Shown one piece after another: positions 48,201-59,197 of a stretch of 64,000 nucleotides of DNA. The notes below the pieces were generated by a model that was not told where the DNA came from, did not search any database, and saw only the letters and a list, made by a program, of their open reading frames with translations. The translations under genes were made by a program, and so were the position numbers. The DNA is taken from assembly GCF_037042905.1 (NCBI RefSeq), contig NC_087249.1, positions 4,092,001 to 4,156,000 on the forward strand. Direction: 5' to 3'. Position 1 is the stretch's first letter; each line of letters begins with the position of its first letter. The stretch is from Lytechinus pictus. Taxonomy: Eukaryota.

Positions 48201-49974
48201 GTCAAAAATCTTTATGACGCAGGAATAATGTACTGTACCCGTTTCCCAGGTATATTGAACACGTTCTGTAGCAATAGGGAACAGAACGTAAGAGGCTACT
48301 ATCAGGAGTACCGTGTCCACTTACGTCATCGTTCCGACTAGTGCAAGTCAGATTTGATTTATGTTCTACAGAGTTATTTAAAGGAAATCATAAAGCAATT
48401 CCTAAATACTTTGTATCTAAATTAACAGCCCAACTAATTGTCCACGCCACCATCTTTCATCAATGAGCTATGACGTAATTCAGTTAGTTCTATCATGATA
48501 TGATCCTACGTCTGTTCTATTATCTCATGTCACAAAGGTAGCAACGGTATCAACAGGTTATTCAAATAATCCTGGCTGGACCCCCAAACTTTACACAAAG
48601 GTGAACATGATTGGGGTCCCGTGTTCTTTGATATATTACTTTGTAATATCGTCATGTAATTTATACGAACAACACATATGAGGAAGGTATCAATCTACGT
48701 TGTGTAGTTCAGGAGCGGTAACCGATTATTTAAACAAAATATAAGGAAAAGTTTGGAAAAGAAATTATTGGAAAAACATGACGTCTCAAAATGGACTTTG
48801 TTTTCAATAAAACAGTGGATGGATCACTAAATTAATAAGGTGAATTGGGGTAATGGCTTTATATTTATGATTTTTACAAACGAAAAGCGAAGACTGAGGC
48901 ATATATTTGAATGACGATCTGGTATGTGGAAATTCATTCGAAATTCGTTACCAGACTTCCATTAAAGAGGTCGATCCAGGGCGGGGTTGGGGGGGGGGGG
49001 TTGGGGTGGGGTGAATGGGCCTTTCCCCCTACCCCGACTTTTTTTTTTACTTGACAGAACCCCCTAGTCTGTCTCGGATCTGCCCCTGAGCCCTCATAGT
49101 CATTTGCAACCAAAATAATAATATTAGATAATATACCTCATACGGCTCACTCTTAAAATGTTGGGCAAAGTACTGTTCACACAACAATTGGTTAAAAAAA
49201 TTATTCAACTCTGGGTAGTTTTCAACCAAAGCACACATTATTGGTTTTAAAATACTCAGAAATTGATAAAGTTTTAACAAATTTTTGTGTAGACATTATG
49301 TTGCCCAACATTTTTAAGAGTGCACTAGATGGATGTTATTAACATATTTATCACAAGCTTTGATTTTTACTTGAAGACGTGAACATGCAGAGAAACTACG
49401 TACATGAATTTGTGTGTAAGATTCACTTCACAGAGAACTTAAGTATCCATGTTAAGAACTCATTCTTTTCTCCCACTTATCCAAAAGAACAACAATTTAG
49501 TAAACACTTACATGACATGTGAACCTATAAAGCTCTAACTTCTTTCTTTCTTTTACCTATATTCCATTTACATTTTCTTACTTTCAGCTTACAGAGACTA
49601 TGCTATGATACGCGCTTGACATATAGTGCATGATATGCTTTAAATGAATGACGGCCATGTCACGGTAGGTCATGTGATATTATGAGCATATAGCCCTGAA
49701 GTTAATCATTGAGACAGATAAGTCAATTTAAACAAAATTAATAAGTAAATATAAAGTATGAAAGTGACACTCCTCACTCAGTACTATCATTGATTGTTAA
49801 CGAACACTCCTTGAATTCTCAATACATCAGAGTACAACAATTTACATTAAGAAGCCTTGTGAAATATTCGCAAAAAGAGATGCCTTAACACGTACAGGTC
49901 AGATACTTACTGCAGACAGAGTATGTGAAGAAGACAAACGTAAAAATGACGCACGCCAAAACATGACATCTCAT
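45263..49974 (-). CDS. Secreted or GPI-anchored Ser/Glu-rich acidic protein with tetrabasic convertase site (gene 6); complement(join(45263..45702,49911..49974)), 167 aa
   Basis: Exon 1 acaataATG encodes MRCHVLACVIFTFVFFTYSVC+A then GTAAGT. Acceptor atttatgttttcAG precedes 45702. The phase-1 join is in frame with the 149-aa ORF: RRRR-DSSEESDAESEVESESESESSTSVSESEVESEMQSE, then a hydrophobic C-terminus WGILPGTFIVTCLIYAP with no cytoplasmic tail. Confidence 0.75.
46490..46766 (-). mobile_element. Near-complete tRNA-derived SINE in the gene 6 intron
   Basis: GGGCGCGTCGTGGTCTAGTGG (A-box), GGTTCGAATGC (B-box), body GACCCAGGTGAGGTGAATGGGTACC, tail ATAAACGCTATATATTATTATT. Confidence 0.85.
49148..49322. 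mobile_element. 175-bp MITE with CACTCTTAAAA termini
   Basis: CACTCTTAAAATGTTGGGCAA ... TTGCCCAACATTTTTAAGAGTG. Confidence 0.7.
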
Positions 49975-50133
49975 TATTGTTTCTGGGGTTTGCGGTAATG
50001 GTGAAAAATTCCAACAAATCGACTGACTTTGAAAAATAGACCCACAACTGCCAAAGATGGTAAGACAATATATGTCCACTAACGAGGAAAATTGTTATAT
50101 TTTAGTTGGTTTCTGTGTGCTCGTAGTGTACTC

Positions 50134-50179
50134 TATATACTACGACGATAACCAAAAGGATGTCCATACTTAAGGGCGG
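50134..50179 (-). promoter_or_regulatory. Candidate gene 6 promoter (TATATA plus GC box)
   Basis: TATATA at 50134-50139, ~160 nt upstream of ATG 49974; GGGCGG at 50174-50179. Confidence 0.4.
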
Positions 50180-51450
50180 GACCTCTTTGGAAATTCAACT
50201 TAATTCAATTGTTTTCCGTTATTACGGCGTTGTAAAAAGAAAATACTAATAAGTGAAATGTCTTGTTAAAGAGAAAAATAAAATGTAGATGTTGACCGGC
50301 TGTTGAACAATAGACTGTGTGGCGTATTCTAAGGTTTCTTAATGCATTCAATGTTTATCAAGGCTCTTGTATTATGTTCCTTACACCCTCAAAGAATCGT
50401 ATTAGTTCTCCTTCTTCTTCTTCAGTGATATCTTAAGCGATGACTTTCAAAGGGCTCTGAAGCCTATCTCGAAGATGAGCTTAGGCATAATAATTTTTAG
50501 ACATATATTCTTGTAGAATTTCCTTGGAATATTCTCTGTCAGTCGATTTACTTTATTATTCCAACTCTCATTAGAAATATTATCTCATTTAAATTTCGTT
50601 AGAGAGACAAGTGTCTTGGTAGCGTTAATGAACAACACATCACCAGAGACATTGATGGGTGCCTCTCCTTTTAGCACGACACACATGTGAATACAAGTAA
50701 AGTGACGAGTTTGAATCGAGGAAGCAGTGGATTTGCGCCTTCGACAAACCCTTAATGAATATGGCCGGTCTTCGGGAATTCCCACAGTGAGGAAAGCGTA
50801 ATTACAAATCCCAAATGTCGCAAGAATTTAGATCAATAATTACAGCTTCCAAGTTTAGCATTGTTTTATGGTCGAAGAATCTCCACAATTTTGCGATCAT
50901 ATTTCGCCGTGAAAATATAATTTTTATGGGGATAGAGGTTAAAGTGGGTTTTCAAAATAATCACATCTGGAAATCTTTTAAAGTTTGCTCAATATCAATA
51001 ATATGAAATTATGAATAGACTTATATCTTATATTTCTATTAATTCTGAATAGGATATGGTAACATACCAAGCAGTGACCAATTTCTTGCATGGTCAATAC
51101 TTAACCCTCCCAAATCGTATTGATGTACAATACGATACATGTTTGTTATTACTGACACCCATCGACCTCCTATGTTGCCCATCTAGTTTATTTTGGTCAT
51201 GACCATATCCGAGGTTCCTTAAAGAGTGTGTGCTATTTTTAGGAGTCTGTGGTTGCTCTTCTTGACGTAGGTAACCAATTTAAATGCCGGTATAAATCCG
51301 TATCGACCGGCATATGTGTCTGAGTCAGCCCCTTTCTTCTCATCCCAGGTGGAACCATGTGTTTACAGTATGTAAAGGCTACCACACAGTTCCCGATATT
51401 TTTCAAAGAATAATGATAATTTATTATCTAACAAACTATATATATATATA

Positions 51451-51985
51451 CAGTGCGTCCCACAAAAAAAGAAACCCGTTTTCAGAGATAGATTTCACAA
51501 TTATTAAATATGTTTTAACTCTACCTTTGATACTCATGGCAAGAGTGGAATCTCATCTCGAATTTGAAACCAACAGCTAAGCAAATCGTATACGCATGGC
51601 AGATTACAAACAATGAATATTTAAGCATATCAGCAACGATTTGTGCAAAAACTTACTTGTGAATCTGAATTCACTTTCATTTCAGGGATCAGCGAGAGAA
51701 TCTTAACAAAGAATACAACAGAAATGCTAATGAGCTAATCCTCAAATAAGCACGATCGTCGTATCGCGAACAAATCTTGTCCAATTTTTCAGCGCAACCT
51801 GGTTTTGACATTGAAATTCCAAACTCGTCTTGCTCATTAATGCGTTAAGTGTTCGTCTCATGTTAGGTATCAAAATAAAGAAGAATAATTGAATTATATG
51901 ACTATGCAAATAAAACATCATTATTTATTTGACTTTGAGGAAAAAAGACATGGAATTCCTGGTGTTTTTTTTCTGGGACGCACTG
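51451..51985. mobile_element. Tc1/mariner-like MITE, 535 bp, inserted in (TA)n
   Basis: TA|CAGTGCGTCCCACAAAAAAA ... TTTTTTTCTGGGACGCACTG|TA. Confidence 0.85.
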
Positions 51986-52911
51986 TATATATATATTTAC
52001 AGAGAATATGTTAGGATGCAGTTACATGTCATTAATCCGCATCTGTAGAATGAAAACTGGGCAATGAAATGAATTGGTGTTGATTTCTTTTCAAAGCTTC
52101 AGAAAGAGTGTTCTTTCAATACACATGTATTTTGTATTGTTTAGGAAAGGATTTGCTTTTATTTTCTTTTTTGGATATGTAATCTCCACAGGTTCTCAAT
52201 GGAGGGTTTATACGATTATAGTTCTCATAAAGATGCATGACACCAAACTGGTATGGTGACACGACATTTGCTCCTGCGACAACTGCTCCGGGTTTTATTT
52301 CGTCTTAGATGTACGATTAGGGTTAGTGTTTCAACACGGTTTATGTTAGGTTTAGTGTAGGGTAAAGTTTTCCATCCAGGGTTGGTATCATGTTTGTTTG
52401 TCAAAACTATAATGATATAATCATCAATCGTGGAAAATTTTAGAGACAATAGTCCACAACAACCCCCTACCTCCCCACACCTGTAGCGTAGTACATAATG
52501 CTTACAGGGTTAAAAAAAAGAGTAAAAACAAATGGAGAAACGTATGTGAACAAAGACTTGTTCTAAAACGGGAAAGCGATATGGGGTGCATATGATTGTT
52601 TCTGAGGGAGAATGGGTTATTTGTGCGTGGATGTGTAAGTGTGTTTGTGTGCGCGAAAGAGAGAGGCAGAGAAGCTGATAGAAAACAGTCAGAGACTGGA
52701 ATCACGAAATTGATTTTAAAAGACACATTCGCCTAGAGGAATTTGTGCTACATGTCACTCCATGATGACATTGATCTTATAAACGCGTACAATTGTATGC
52801 AGGTAAGGAGAGAGGGATGTGTTAGCATATACATGTACATCGGGAGAAACAAAAACAGATAGAGGATGTGGAGGGAAAGGGGGAGTGAGAGAGGGAAAGA
52901 TTAAGATGAAC

Positions 52912-52945
<34 letters not shown>

Positions 52946-53200
52946 AAAGTCTATGGACTCGGTCACGGTATAAGTATCGGCCTCGGATCGGCCTGCCACT
53001 GCACGCGGGATCTGAGTGTGAATTAAGCGCAAGATACAGAGAGAGTTATACAAAAAGAGTGGAAAGAACAGAGGAAAAGGAAAGGAAGGAAATGGGAAGC
53101 GATAGTCTAACAAAAATAATGGTTCACAGATATAGATGAGGAGAGCTATATAGATGAGTACTGGAATGAAGAAAATACCTGCAAAACATGTTTAGCAATT

Positions 53201-56200
53201 GAGAGTTTACACTGCAGTCCATTTCGACACTGACTCTTGTAACAAATTATACACAAAAGAATTTACAAGTCACTCCATTTCGACACGGAATCATGTTACC
53301 AATTGCACATAGGAATGTTTACAAGTTACTCCATTTCAACATGGACTCTTGTTACAAATTATAGGTAAAAGATTTTACAAGTCACTCCATTTCGACACGG
53401 ACCCATGTTACAACATTGTACATAAGAAAGTTTACAAGTCAATTCATTTGGACACGGACCCATGTTACAAACTATTCATAAGAGAGTTTACAAGTAACTC
53501 CATTTCGACACGAACTCATGTTACAATATTGCACATAAGGAGAGCTTACAAGTCACTTCATTCTGACACGGACTCATATTACAAATTGTACACAAAAGAG
53601 TTTACAAGTCACTCCATTTCGACAAGGATTCATATTACAAATTTTACATAGGAGAGTCTACAAGTCACTCCATTTTGACATGAACTCTTGTTACAAATTT
53701 TACATAGAAGAATTTACAAGTCAGTTCATTTGGACATGGGCTCACGTACAAATTGTAGATGGGAGAGTTTACAAGTAACTCAATTTCGACACGGACGCAT
53801 GTTACAAACTGTACATAGGAGAGTTTACACGCTACGCCATTTCGACACGGACCCATGTTACAAATTATACATAGGGGAGTTTACTTGTCAATTCATTTTG
53901 AAAGGGACTCATAATTCAAATTGTACACAAAAGAGTTTACAGGTCACTCCATTTCGATACGGACACTTGTTACAAATTGTACACAAAAGAGTTTACAAGT
54001 CACTCCATTTCGACACGGACTCATGTTGCAAACTGTACATAGGAGACGTAAGTCACTTTATTTTGACACGGACTCACATACAAATTGTAGATGGGAGAGT
54101 TTACAAGTAACTCCATTTCGACATGGACTTATGTTACAAATTGCACATAAGAGAGTTTACAAGTCACTTCATTTCGATACGGACCCATGCTCCAAATTGT
54201 ACTTAGGAGTTTACAAGTTACTCCATTCCGACACGGACTCATGCTCCAAATTGTACATAGGAGTTTATAAGTTACTCCATTTTGACACGGATTCATGCTA
54301 CAAACTGTACAGTGGAGAGTTTACTAGTTACTCCGTTTCGACACAGACTTATGGTACAAACTGTTCATTGGAGAGTCTACAAGTTACTCTATTTTGAGAT
54401 GAATTCTTGTTACAAATTGCACATAGAAGGGTTTACAAGTCAATTCATTTGGATACGGACTCATGGTACAAACTGTACATTGGATAGTTTTCAAGGTAAT
54501 ACATTTCGACACGGACTCATGCTACAAATTGTACACAAAAGAGTTTACAAGTCACTCCATTTCGACACGGACTCATGTTGCAAACTGTACATAGGAGATG
54601 TAAGTCACTTTATTTTGACACGGACTCACATACAAATTGTAAATGGTAGAGTCTACAAGTAACTCCATTTCGACATGGACTTATGTTACAAATTGCACAT
54701 AAGAGAGTTTACAAGTTACTCCATTTTGACACGGATTCATGCTACAAACTGTACAGTGGAGAGTTTACTAGTTACTCCATTTCGACACGGACTTATGGTA
54801 CAAACTGTACATTGGAGAGTCTACAAGTTACTCTATTTTGAGATGAATTCTTGTTACAAATTGCACATAGAAGGGTTTACAAGTCAATTCATTTGGATAC
54901 GGACTCATGGTACAAACTGTACATTGATAGTTTTGTAGGTAATACATTTCGACACGGACTCATGCTACAAATTGTAGATAGGGGAGTTTACAAGTAACTC
55001 CCTTTCGACACGAACTAAAATTGCATCATTGTACATAGGTGAGTTTATAAGTCAATTCATTTTGACACGGACTCATGCTACATACAAAATTTTCGTAGAA
55101 AAGTTTACAAGTTACTCTATGTCAACATGGACTCTTGTTACAGATTGAAGATAAGAGAGTTTACGTTACAAGTCACTTCATTTTGACACGGACTCATATT
55201 ACAAACTGTACATAAAAGAGTTTACAAGTCACTCCATTTCGACAATGACTCATATTACAAATTGTACATAGGGGAGTCTACAAGTCACTCCATTTTGACA
55301 TGAACTCTTGCTACAAATTTCACAGAGTAGAGTTTACAAGTCAGTAAACTTGGACACGGACTCACGTACAATTTGTAGATAAGAGAGTTTACAAGTAACT
55401 CCATTTCGACACGAACTACTATGACAATATTGTACATATGTGAGTTTATAAGTCACTTAATTTTGACACGGACTCACGTACAAATTGTACATAGGTGAGT
55501 TTAAAAGTCACTCAATTTCGACACGGATGCATGTTAAAAATTGTACATATGAGACCTTACATGTTACTCCATTTCGATACGGACCCATGTTACAAATTGT
55601 ACATAGGAGAGTTTAAAAGTCACTCCATTTTGACACGGACTCATATTACAAATTGTACATAGGAGAGCTTACAAGTTATTCCATTTCGATACGGACTTAT
55701 GTCACAAATTGTACATAGGAGAGTTTACAAGTCACTCCATTTCGACACGGACGCATGTTAAAAACTGTACATTTGAGACCTTACATGTTACTCCATTTCG
55801 ATACGGACCCATGTTACAAATTGTACATAGGAGAGTTTAAAAGTCACTCCATTTTGACACGGACTCATATTACAAATTGTACATAGGAGAGCTTACAAGT
55901 TATTCCATTTCGATACGGACTTATGTTACAAATTGTACATAGGAGACTTTACAAGTCACTCCATTTCGACACGGACCCATATTACAAATCGTAGATAGGA
56001 GAGTTTACCACGGACTCATGCTCCAAATTGTACAAAAAGAGTTTACAAGTTACTCCATTTCGACACGGACTCATGCTAAAAACCGTACATAGGAGAGTTT
56101 ACAACGGACTCATGCTCCAAATTGTACACAAAAGAGTTTGCAAGTTACTCCATTTCGACACGGACTCATGATACAAACTGTACATTGGAGAGTTTACAAG

Positions 56201-56290
56201 TCACTCCATTTCCACACGGACTCGTGTTCCCAAGTGTACATAGGAGTTTACGAGTCACTCCATTTCGACATGGACTTATGTTACAAATTG
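53201..56290. repeat. 56-bp minisatellite, about 55 diverged copies, with higher-order repeats
   Basis: Consensus GAGAGTTTACAAGTCACTCCATTTCGACACGGACTCATGTTACAAATTGTACATAG; ATTTCGACAC at 53221 and 53277 (period 56). Confidence 0.95.
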
Positions 56291-57664
56291 TATGTATGTT
56301 ACAAATTGTCAGTGGATATCGAGAACGAAAGAAAGACAAACAATTATTATCGAGGAAAAACAAGATTCGAAATCTATGTTAGACGATGGATATTCATTAT
56401 CGTTTTTATGGCAAGGGCCCAAGCACTTCATATAATTGTCATCGTATGAAGAGAGACGTTGAATAGCTATTTACATACATTGGGGGGGGGGGGGGGAGTG
56501 GCTGAAATTATCCAAATGATATCACCCAACTGCCTCACATGTGTTGAGATAGCAATGGACACGATATAATAACCTGCGATATTACAATAAATAAGCGCAT
56601 TTTCTCCCTTAAGATGTATTTACTTTAACGACTCTTCTAATAGTTGAAGATTTTCTCACCCAGATGTAATAATTGTAATTATGGAACGGAGAAGGTGGAG
56701 AACGCAAATTAAACAGATCTAACAACCAGACTATCTAAATCAGGGTATGCTCGATTATGCAGCAGTTTCTTTGAGGTCAGAACCAGTTCAACCACCGACA
56801 ATAATTTGCTGGTAACACGTGAGTCTGTGTAATAATGGAATGACTTGTATCAATACCACTCTTTTCTATCGACGACACAATATGACAAAATACATCTTTC
56901 TTTATGTTGTTCTTACACCATGACTGTGGGGTATGTATATGTCTGCCTTTCTCTCCCCTCTCTTTCCTTCTCTATACACGTACCTGTGTCTCTCTTTTCT
57001 CTATCATTCTCCCCTTCTCTCTATACTAAATGCATGCGCATGAGTCTCTTTCTCCCTCTCTCCTGTCCTTTCTGTAATGCTTACCTTCTCCTTTTTTGTA
57101 AATATCTTTTTCTATCTCTCCCTCCCTCTCTTCTTCCGAATTTCGCTTTCTCTTTATCTCAACCGATCAAAATTTCTGTCTAGTTTTCCCTTTTCTTGGC
57201 ACCGTTGATGAGCTTTTAAAAGGCATGTGTATTTCTTCTTTGAATTTTTCGTTTGACCCAAACTAAGATGATTGAAATTCAAATCAAATAGAATATGACA
57301 ATAATATATAGAAGACAAAAACAAGTGAATGTTGTTGCGGTACATTTTGGTAAGTTACACATTTCGGTAAATTACCCAAATTGTCACCAAAGTTTGCCGT
57401 AACAAATTTGATTTTTGCCATACATTAAAATTTCAAAGTAATAACAAAAATTGTAAATGATGCATATTATCCAATAACATTTTGCCTTAAATTTTCATAT
57501 AATTAGAACAAAATATAAGATGCATATAAAATCAACAAACAATTTTCAAATTTGACTCTTGGTTCTAAATTAAACACACCCCAAAAAACAATAATTGAAG
57601 AGTGTGGATCTCTCAAATAAAAGATTTATTCTAAATATTTAGATTTATTTTAAATAAAACTATT

Positions 57665-57930
57665 TGTTGCGTCTTGGACTAGAGGTTTTAATGCATCATT
57701 CGATCAGTAAGTCGCGAGTTGGAAATTCTGTCACGGCATTACCTACATCAGCAATAAATTCATCTCCATTGCGCTGCACTCGACCCAGGTGAAGTAAATG
57801 AATATCTGACACGAATATTCACTCCTTGATACAGTTCTCCGCCTGGATGGCGGTCGGGCTTAAAGCAGGTTAATAATGTTAATGATAAGCGATGTGCTTT
57901 ATAAGTTACAGTATCATCATTATAATCATA
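57665..57930 (+). mobile_element. Decayed SINE of the 46490..46766 family
   Basis: GCGCTGCACTCGACCCAGGTGAAGTAAATG body match. Confidence 0.6.
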
Positions 57931-58609
57931 ATTTAAATAATCCTAATTCAAATTACATATAAAGAGATAAATATACAAATGCACATTCATCCAAATAAAA
58001 AAAACCATTGTACTTGTTATCAAAATGAAACATTTGACCTTTGTTGCTCCCCAACATTCTAAGATAAATATATTTTTTCTGTATTGTATTTTGTACTATG
58101 CTTTGTCTTCTGATGTTTTGTGATTTCTACTGTAATAATATCTTTGACATCTTCTATGTACGAATGTGGAAATAAACTAGTGAACTGAACTTAATGATAA
58201 AACATACATGTTTTATAGGCATTGTGTGTGAAATTATTTCAGATTAAATCTAGTGCTACAATTACCCCCCCCCCCCCTCCTTCTCTGTCTCTCTTTTGTG
58301 TGAACACGAGAATCTGGAATATCGGAAATTTAAATAATTTTAAGCATGCCAATACATGTATGGTATTTTGCATAAAACATATTCAAATTCCAAAGAGCAA
58401 TCACCAAAAAGAATGAAAGGCCTAGTTTCAGTTCGAATAAAAATTCCTATTTAGATCATGTCAACCACTATGATAAGTAGGATGTGGCATAGTCCCATTC
58501 ATCTAAGTTTATGAACACTTAAGTGTTCACTTATAAAAAGAGAATATGAACCTTTCCCTTCACTGTGGAGGGAAATTCGGCTAAATTTTATAAATGCTGT
58601 AAACAGTGA

Positions 58610-58912
58610 GGCCCGTATTCTGAACTCAGGTCTAAATTAAACCCTGGTTTAAAGTTGTGGTTTAAGTATGGAGAGCCAATTGGGACACAAATCATTAATA
58701 GTACACATCCACTTTATTAACTAATTTGACACTCAAATTGTTTTTAATGGTCTGGGAATGATAACTGAAGGACTTTCTTCATTATGAAAGCAAAAGGAAG
58801 CAAAATAGTAAACATACAAAATATGCAATACAAACATAATTTTTGGATCCCCATAATTTTGGCACAGAGTTAGACCGTGGTCTAAGTTAAACCCGACTTT
58901 AGAATACGGGCC
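58610..58912. mobile_element. PIF/Harbinger-like MITE, 303 bp
   Basis: TGA|GGCCCGTATTCT ... AGAATACGGGCC|TGA; 3-bp TNA TSD; long imperfect subterminal inverted repeats. Confidence 0.85.
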
Positions 58913-59039
58913 TGAGGGTTTTGACAAATTGTAGATCGTATGAGGGCGTACAACCGATGTCGCCATCTCTGCGTGATTGACTCTCGCGTTCTAATAATTT
59001 TTTTTCCTGTCTGTATTTTAAACATGTCTGACATTAATA

Positions 59040-59197
59040 CCTCGACCACATTTTCTCTACAGCGACCGTACGGCGAGTCAGAAAACAGCCGTATATCAAT
59101 TTTAATTCAAACCACCTATATGAAGCTAGTACAAAAAATGTTAAAACGGCTGTTTTCGACTCGCCGTACGGCCGCCGGAGAGCAAATGTGACCGAGG
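59040..59197. mobile_element. 158-bp TA-flanked MITE, short relative of 10290..12203
   Basis: ~52-bp imperfect TIRs CCTCGACCACATTTTCTCTACAGCGACCGTACGGCGAGTC / GACTCGCCGTACGGCCGCCGGAGAGCAAATGTGACCGAGG, with TA on both sides. Confidence 0.85.

Noticed and set aside
53201-56290. CRISPR-like array
   Set aside because: Contiguous tandem monomers without unique spacers, eukaryotic context, no cas genes.
53349-56449. Several 87-158 aa ORFs with Cys/His spacing suggestive of zinc fingers
   Set aside because: By-products of a 56-bp repeat cycling through frames, with frequent stops and no C2H2 28-aa period.
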